NCBI GenBank assembly: GCA_964252035.1
Contig: OZ176205.1
Direction: 5' to 3' (one strand)
DNA from: Podarcis erhardii
Taxonomy: Eukaryota
Length of the DNA stretch: 64,000 nucleotides
Both the position numbers and the translations under genes were made by a program. Shown here piece by piece: positions 55,656 to 64,000 of the stretch. The first letter of the stretch is position 1. Each line of letters begins with the position of its first letter. The notes beneath the pieces are model-generated. The model was not told where the DNA came from. It worked only from the letters and a program-made list of their open reading frames with translations, and did no database searches.

Positions 55656-56899
55656 GGCAACAGTAGTTCAGCTGTTCTGCACAAGAAAGAAAGAGTGAGT
55701 CACACCAATAGTACTTGAATTATCTGCAGGTCCAGTCATACAATGCTTCTACAGCACTGCTCCCCATCCTGCACAGAACTGTCAACTATTTTAATGAAGT
55801 AAGCAATCCAATCACTTCCTCTCAGAATCTTCCAACTGCCAACTTGGCCCTCCTCATATGACCAGCTACAGAGCTGAAAAATGAGAGATCACATGATCCT
55901 AAACACTTCTTGCTATTAGGCAATATGATTTTGGGAATTCTGTGCCTCTTGAGCTCTGCACAAAAAGCATTTGCAGCAAAATGCATGCCTATACAGATAT
56001 AGGAATAAACTGTTTAATCAGGCACAAGCATCTCTCTATAACAGCCACTCTTCCCCATCCTACAATTGTAGTTTAGAATCACTCCAAGCACATGCTGTAC
56101 AAGTCACAAGCACATCCCCAATAATGCTCTGCATGAACTGCAGTACAATGCACCTCCCCCCACGCGGTGCAAAATGACAGGCAGCCCTGGATTACCCAAG
56201 AAAAAGGAAACGCCTTTTTCAAAATGTTCTTTCACCAGCAGGCACAGAACAAACTTCTCTGAAGTCGTAGATTAGGAAAGCAACACACATGCCAACTAGA
56301 CTCAAATGGTGAAGGCCAGTTCTGTCATAGAAGCCCTACTTGCCCAGCTCTTAAAAGATTTTAAGGAATTGGCTTGTTGTGCCGATTCACAGAACATCCT
56401 CTTGCTTCTGGCCCCATGTAAAAGATGCTCGATTCCTGCACCCCAAGATGGCTACAGGATATTTGCATGGCCAACAGCGCAGCCTCAGCAAAACCCATGT
56501 ATCAGGTTGCAGAAGATCACATCTGTTATTTCAATTCAGGTCCACTAACACATATGCACACACAAAGCTTGTTGCCCCTAAAGTCTGGAGTAGGTTCAAA
56601 GACAGCAAGGAAAGTTTAATGGTCTAACTACAGAAGCTCTAAAAAGTTGAAAGTAGTACAACTGATTGTATGAAAAAAGGAAGGTGATTGCCAAGAACAA
56701 CTGTCCATGGCATAAGGTCAGTTGCCTGCATCATACAAGGGACTGCAAATTGGAGAGTTCAAAGAACAATTTAAAATAAAAGTGAATAAAGAATAAAAGA
56801 AACAAATGTAGGATTATCAAACAGCAATAGCACCTAGAGATTTTTAAAGGTTTTCATTAGAACTTCAGGCTCACTCTTCGCTTTGATGTACCCCCACCA

Positions 56900-57130
56900 A
56901 AGAGGAAAAGAAAGGTTGAATGTTTGCCTCTTGAAATTCCATTAGATCCTCTGATCTGCTTATTAGACCCCTATAACCATACAAAATCCAGATTCTACAT
57001 ATCATAATCACTGCAGGATTATTGCGGTCAAAGCTTGGAAAAATACCCATAAACCAAGTGAACAATCTATTGTTAGAAAGATATATGAATAGTTAAAGAC
57101 TGATTAAATTAACAATAATTGTAAAGACTT
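56900..57130 (+). mobile_element. L1-like ORF2 C-terminal fragment
   Basis: IIITAG..IAVKAWKNTHKPSEQSIVRKIYE resembles the L1 C-terminal motif; frameshifted. Confidence 0.4.
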
Positions 57131-58523
57131 CCTTCTCTATTGCAAAGGAGGTCTGCAGACAGAGGGACAGGCTCCTCACCAGTGTAGTGTGGCACAGTTC
57201 CACTACCATTCCAGCAGTAGGAAGGTCAGAAATTAGGGGGCAGGGGGGAGTTGGGGAGAGACTTCAGACACCGAATCCCAGGCCTTCTCATTTCCCTCAG
57301 CTTTTCCCATTGAAGTCAATAGGGAGAGAAAAGAAATCAAGAGCTCCTCCCACCCCACTTTCCACAGTGTTCGTGGTAAGCTGTCAGGGAATTAAAGGCA
57401 ATAGTTTTTCCACCATGGACTCCCCACCCTGCCTAACAGAATCAGTGTATGAAGAAGTCAAGCTTATAAGCAGAATAAATGGAAAAGTTAACCCAGGAAG
57501 GGCAGTAGCCAACCAGGAACACTCATGTTTACAAGGGGATCATAATAATTTATTTGTTTGTTTAGTCAAATATAAAATGATTGAATGACCCTAGATTTGA
57601 TTAATCATCTCTAGCCATATTTTCCTATAGTTTCCAAGTTACACCCACAGATGTTCAAGCAGCTAGGGTTCGGTATCTTTTGCTTCTTCAATCCTATACA
57701 AATAGTCCAACCAAAGACTCAGGGGGCAAGAAGCAAGTGCTGCAGGAAGTCCAAAAGATACTGACAAGCCTCATAAGCGGGGTCAATAAATTAAGAAAAA
57801 CTCTAATCAGGTCCTGAAAAATATGTCTCTCTCCCACTTTGCTAACTGCCCCAAGTTTGAAAGGTGCTACGAAGGCCTAACACATGCCTGGTAAAAATCT
57901 AGCTAATCCCCATAATCTTACTAGGTTTACCAAGAGTAAGCCCCAGACACTGGCTGCTAGTGCAGGAAGAGGGAAATAATACTAAAGTGCACAAAAACCC
58001 ATCATACAACAGGCATAGCAAGGGAATTAGGGATAACAACATTCTGAGGTAGCTGACCCATTGTTCCTTGCAGAAGCTGAGAGCTAGAGAGCAGGAAAAG
58101 CCCAGAGGTAAGAGAAACACATCCCAACAAGCCACAGATTCTACTCTTCACTCCCCTTAAATTGGGAAATCAACCAGGAAGATGAAAGAAAAGCCCTTAA
58201 TTGCAGCACAGGTAGAAGAATTGTGGTAAGCAAACCATGCCTGATATTGGTAGTTGTTCTTTCCAATCTCCAACATGATAGTTGTTACTCTAATAGCTGG
58301 AAAACGTAGCCAGAGAGGATGGACAAGGAGTTGCAGAGGTGCTTAAGGGGCATTTCTGAAAATATTACCCTTACACATCATCTACATGGTTACAATTCAG
58401 CACAACTACCTTTATGAGAACCAGGAAGTTCACAGAGCAAAAAGGTCCTGGCTATTGTAGAATATGACTCTTGCCTAGGCAATCTAAGCATTCCTCTGAG
58501 CACCTGAAGCACACCTCTCAGTA

Positions 58524-58749
58524 CAGTGGTACCTCAGGTTAAGAACTTAATTCGTTCTGGAGGTCCGTTCTTAACCTGAAACTGTTCTTAAGCTGAGGTA
58601 CCACTTTAGCTAATGGGGCCTGCCGCTGCTGCTGCGCCACCCCTGCACGATTTCTGTTCTCATCCTGAAGCAAAATTCTTAACCTGAGGTACTATTTCTG
58701 GGTTAGAGGAGTCTGTAACCTGAAGCGTCTGTAACTCAAGGTACCACTG
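58524..58749. mobile_element. Tigger-like MITE (opposite orientation to the 22270 copy)
   Basis: CAGTGGTACCT...AGGTACCACTG TIRs, TA TSD. Confidence 0.85.
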
Positions 58750-58999
58750 TATTGTATTTCCCAGAGACAGGAGGTCACAACAACTACCCAGGCACAGTAT
58801 ATGGGCATTCCAAACTATAATCATTTAAAGCATTCCTCTCTCCACAGAGGCTTGCATATGACTGTGATAAGGCAGACTCTGCCCCCAGGCATACAATCCA
58901 AAAGAAGTTGTGACACTAAGCGCTCACCCAGGGCAGGATGATTTGAACATATTATGCCAATCCTGGCATGACTGCACAGGCTGCCAGTGAGTTTCCAGG

Positions 59000-59230
59000 C
59001 CCAGTTTCCAGTGAGTTTGAAAGTGCTGGTTTTGACCTACAGTATAAAGTCTTAAACGGTTCAGGACATCAATGCCTCTACAACTGCCTCTCTCTATATG
59101 AACTCACCCAGACCCTGAGATCATAATTCAGGGCCCTTCTTTGTGTGCCTACTCCATGAGAGGTCTGGAGGGAGGCAACATAGACCTTTTCTGCAGTGAC
59201 TCTCCAATCCATGGAATATTCTCCCAAGGG
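59000..59230 (+). mobile_element. Degraded L2 3' fragment
   Basis: KVLVLTY..YKVLNGSG-like remnant. Confidence 0.45.
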
Positions 59231-59273
59231 AAAGCATTCCTCTTCTCCCAGTTCTTTGACTAATTAAATTATA

Positions 59274-59493
59274 CAGTCGTACCTCGGGTTACAGATGCTT
59301 CAGGTTGCGCTTTCTCGGGTTACGGACCGCCGAAACCCAGAAGTACCGGAACGGGTTACTTCCAGGTTATGGCAGTCGCTCATGCGCAGAAGCGCTAAAT
59401 TTTGTGTTTTTGTGTTTTTGCACCAAATTGCAACCCGTGTGCACGCAGACGCACCACTGTGGGTTGCGGACGTGCATCCCGCACAGATCACTG
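59274..59493. mobile_element. Tigger-like MITE, second subfamily
   Basis: TA-CAGTCGTACCTCGGGTT...ATCACTG-TA. Confidence 0.6.
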
Positions 59494-61218
59494 TATAAGG
59501 CCTTTTAAACTATGGGGGCAGGGTTATTGTTTTTGTTTGTTACTATGTTACGTATTTTTCTGTTTTTATATTGTAAACTGCCCCGTGATTCTCTGAAGAA
59601 GGGTGGTATAGAAAATTAATAAATAAATAAAGGAAGAGAGACTAGAAGAGAAGAGATGAAAAATTCAAGCACCACTTCTTAGTTTTTTTAATTACCAGTC
59701 AGAATGGAAAGCTTTCAAGAGGAGGAACCAAACACTGCTTATATCTCAGTAGTGAATGAAGAGACCCTGAAGTACCTTTTAACTTTCTCTCCTTGATGAA
59801 ATGAGCACTGCTCATTAATATGTTAAAATAGCTAGGTTTTCCTATGCTTTGATGATTGTATGATTGAAGGTTAAGTCCCAAGTCTGGCAGGCCTTAAGCA
59901 TAGCACCAAGGCTTGCCAAATCAGCACAGAGATGATGCAGGAATTGCTGTTTTTCCTCTATCCTATATTGGCCCAACCTGCTCAGCCTGTTTGGGAGAAG
60001 GAGTGAATTCAGCTCGGCACCTGCTCACACAGCAGCAGCCCAGCCCCACTGTAGCCTTAAGAGCAACTGTTTTGTATAGTCAGACAGAAAATACAGCACA
60101 GTCTTCCTTATCCCTTGAGTAAATGGGAAAATGCAGGGGGGTCTGCAAAAATCTCAGAAACCCGTTACCATACAAAATATGACCATACTGTATTGTCCAA
60201 GTACCATCCACCTCTGTCCACTACATTAACAAAGTTATCAGGTCAGACTGGAAGGACAGCCAAGGTAGGAATCTGCCCCAACTGCATTCTGGCAGGTTGC
60301 TGTGAGGGGTCTTAAAACAGATTCCCAACCAGGGCCTGGGGGAGAGAAGTGCTTCAGTTGAGATAATCCTCCTACTCAGTAAAAAAAAACCGAGGTTCTC
60401 AAAAAAACCCAAAAAACAAAACCAAAGCAAGTGAGATTATCAAAGAGCAAGGGTCAGCACACCATCAAGGAGGATGGGAATCATCCCTCTGAGCTGTGAC
60501 TACAAATGAAAGGGATCATGGCTATAATTCAACAGTAATTATATCCACCATGTGCTTCCCAGTGGGAATCCATAGAGATTAACTAGTCACACACATCGGG
60601 ATTAAGTTCATTTGTGTCTCTACTTGTACTGCTGCAAATTTTCGTATGTGGATTCCAGCTCCACCCACCTCTGCAAACAGGGGCCTGGCAACTCTCTGAT
60701 ACATCCTGTCAGGCCCATAGCTTTGTTGCATCTCCAACCCACAGACGTTCCATAGCCAACAACACAAAGCCCTGCACCCACATTAGTGTCTTGTATAGAA
60801 GTGTTGTGCCTGGTACTGCCACCCACATGGGAGCAGGGAGGAATCTCTCAATAGCATATTGATGCAGAGATGGGGGAGGGAACTGGAATGCTCCTATGAT
60901 TGGCCTGCCGAGGGACTGTACAAATATCCAGAGCAATAGGGAAAAGGCAGCCCTGGAAAAGCAACACTGACACAGAGAGGTGTCAAAAGCCCACATATTA
61001 TTCCTATAATCCTAATGATCAATCTGGTCACTAAACACACGTCTGCCATTGAACAAGCCCAATCATATATCCAAAAGGCTGATACTTCTGTTTAATAGCA
61101 AGGCATTTCTTAGAATAAGCCCTTAAGAGACTTCCCTTAGTTCTCTAATGTGTTGCAGGCTGTGTTAAAAATCCAAACAGGCTATAGAAAGGGGCCACAA
61201 CAGGTCCAGACAGCCATA

Positions 61219-61586
61219 AAGGTAAAGGTAAAGGTACCCCTGCCCGTACGGGCCAGTCTTGACAGACTCTGGGGTTGGTGCGCCCATCTCACTCAAGAGG
61301 CCGGGGGCCAGCGCTGTCCGGAGACACTTCCGGGTCACGTGGCCAGCGTGACAAAGCTGCATCTGGCGAGCCAGCGCAGCACACGGAAACGCCGTTTACC
61401 TTCCCGCCAGTAAGCGGTCCCTATTTATCTACTTGCACCCGGGGGTGCTTTCGAACTGCTAGGTTGGCAGGCGCTGGGACCGAGCAGCGGGAGCGCACCC
61501 CGCCGTGGGGATTCGAACCGCCGACCTTTCGATCGGCAAGCCCTAGGCGCTGAGGCTTTTACCCACAGCGCCACCCGCGTCCCTAC
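61219..61586 (-). mobile_element. Sauria SINE, young copy
   Basis: (ACCTTT)n tail, CpGs retained, 14-bp TSD TCCAGACAGCCATA. Confidence 0.92.
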
Positions 61587-61738
61587 TCCAGACAGCCATA
61601 GTAAACTACAAAAATACTTGAAGGTCAAAAGATAACTGCAGTGGCCATTTGGGAGGCCTGAAGGTTACAAGGCAGGAGTATGTGTGGCTCAGTTGTCTAT
61701 TCAAGCCACATGCCCCTTTGAGATTTAACATGCCACTA

Positions 61739-61957
61739 CAGTGGACCCTCTGGATATGAATTTAATTCGTTCCAGGGGTCCGTACGCACCCCGAAAAATC
61801 CGTATCCAGAGACACCGCTTCTGTGCACATGCGCAGCGCGATAGAGCGCTTCTGCACATGGGCGAGCGGCGAAACCCGGAAAAATACTTCCAGATTTGCC
61901 GCTTTCGCAACACGAAGTTTATGTTGCTCGAGAGTAACATAACCCAAGGGTCTACTG
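61739..61957. mobile_element. Tigger-like MITE, further subfamily
   Basis: TA-CAGTGGACCCT...AGGGTCTACTG-TA. Confidence 0.7.
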
Positions 61958-64000
61958 TACTTATTAGCAAGCCATGGCTCCCCACTATGTACACCAAAGG
62001 AGGCAGACGAACCTTATGGCATTGGAAATATACACCTCCTTAAGCAGCTATCTGGCTCATATTTGTGGTTCCCAGATAGACACACTCAGGAAACAAACCT
62101 ACAAAAGTTTATTTACGAAGGAGACAGAAATGCATTTACTGAAGACTTTCCAGACCCCAATTTCTCATACAACTCTCCCAATCCTCTTATTTCTCTGAAA
62201 AACACCCAACAGATTTACATCCCAAGGCTCAGGAAGTCATCCTAACCTCAAAACGTAACATATCCTATGGGAATCTTGAACTAAAATTAAAGTTTATATA
62301 TTTACTAAATAAATCAAAATTACTTCCAATGGAGGCCACCATTCAGCACTCCTGGGTCACACCAGGCATTTCCTTCACCATTTTCAGGCATGACTTTCCC
62401 TCTCCAGCCTGGTCATTATAATTTTGGCTACTATTCACAGCCTTTTAGGAATAGGATACTATTATTTTGTATTCTCCAACTCAGTGAAAAGTTGCAAGGT
62501 CACACCTAAAGGAAAGTTATTGTTCTCATCAATTGTCAGGGGGAATTCCCAAGCACAAACAGGAATAAGTAGCACTGGCTCTACCAACAGAAGCCAATCA
62601 AGGTTGCTTTCACCTCAAGAGTCCTAGATAGCTACCTCCACTAGTTCTCCACCTTGATATGGCAGCCACTTGTAACTATACTCTCTCTCCTCCTCCCAGC
62701 TAAAACTCATGGACAATGTCAATAATTAAAGTCACATGCATTTCCCGGGTGATAATCCAGGCTTGGTTTAGACAGAGATCTTGCCTGCCCTAAGGCAAAA
62801 TTATTCAGAGAAACTAACTGCTGCTGAGCAGTTCAAATTCTTATAGCCTTGAGAGCCAAGCTGTACGCAAATAAGCCTCTCTACTTAATAATGTTTCAGA
62901 TAAGGAGAGAGAACAGGCAAATGCCACAAAACATGCCTCTTTCCCTCCATACACAGATATCCATTATGGAAGGGATGGGGAATCTGCAGTCCTCCAGTGC
63001 TGCAGCTAGGAAGCAGACTAGCTAGAATACTGTAGGCAGATGAAAGTTAACACACATCCAAAGTCAAACTCATTATAGACCTCCAGGTGAAATAAAGTAG
63101 GCCCATGACTCAGGGGTAGCCTCTGATGGGATGATCTTGTAACATGAATCATCCATGAGTCTGCTTGATGAGAATGCATGATCATGGTAACCAGGCCCCA
63201 AAGCCACATATTAAGGTTGCCATATGTCTTCTTTTTCCAGGACACATACTCTTTTATGGGTATGTAAATTGAGAGCCATCACAGCGATCGATAGTTAAAA
63301 GTAGAAGTCAGTAATGTGTCCCCTTTTTTGATCTTCAAAATATGGCAAGCCTAATAGCAGACTGGAGAGAGAAAAATTCCAGCCATCAATAAATTTTACA
63401 CTAGCACAGAGAAAATATATTTTCGAGTCCTGCTTCCTAGTGTCCCCAGTCATGTTATGTTTCTTCTAGATAGCAATGCAGACATGGCCAGTAGCAAGAC
63501 TGGCCCTAGACCAAATGGCACCACAGGAGCAACTCTGGCTCATTTCCTCCTTATTCATTCATACCTTTCTATTGCCTATGTAGCTCATTTCATAACTTTA
63601 AAGTATACTTTGCAGGCATAAATTAGTCTCTAAAAAGATGCTAGAATCTGTAAATCATATTCATGTCATATGAACCATTTACTATTTGTTTCAGCCAGTG
63701 TTAAAAACTAAAGATACATAAGCTAGGTGCCTAAATGGCTCCTTAAACCAAGTTTGCAACTGCCAAAATGGAATGTCTAGTTGCCATTTTGGGGCAAGAA
63801 GGCTCTAAAGTCTTATTTTTCAAACAATGGACAGACTGTGATTGGTTCTTAAAGAAGAAAAGTCGCTTGATCCAGGGACAGTTCACATATATTGGCCTAT
63901 TCCAAGTTCTTTTTCTTACTGCTGACTGCTTCTGCTCAGGCTGCACAGAAAAAGCACTTGGTTCCAGAAACTCATTCCGATTGTGCAGATAAAATGTAAC

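Overview
Vertebrate (squamate reptile, probably a lacertid lizard, inferred from Sauria SINE, Squam3-like SINE and Bov-B content) genomic DNA covering the conserved TIE1-MPL-CDC20-ELOVL1 block. TIE1 (+, exons 7-23, 5' part outside the window), MPL (+, complete, 12 exons, 647 aa), CDC20 (+, complete, 505 aa, CpG-island promoter) and ELOVL1 (-, 7 coding exons, 287 aa; non-coding first exon not found in the window) were rebuilt exon by exon from GT-AG sites and frame continuity. Introns and intergenic DNA carry Sauria and Squam3-like SINEs, Bov-B/L2/CR1/L1 fragments and TcMar and hAT MITEs. Most of the supplied six-frame ORFs are spurious. Most notable observations: (1) a complete minimal type I hammerhead-ribozyme motif on the sense strand of MPL intron 1, sitting in the loop of a perfect 32-bp inverted repeat of a Penelope-like remnant; (2) a 52-bp near-perfect hairpin in TIE1 intron 17; (3) MPL lacking the RWQFP juxtamembrane motif and carrying an enlarged cytoplasmic tail; (4) CDC20 with its KEN degron changed to KEE and an acceptor-dependent upstream AUG. 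Human exon sizes and residue numbers used for comparison are recalled from general knowledge, not looked up. No prokaryote-type novel system is present.
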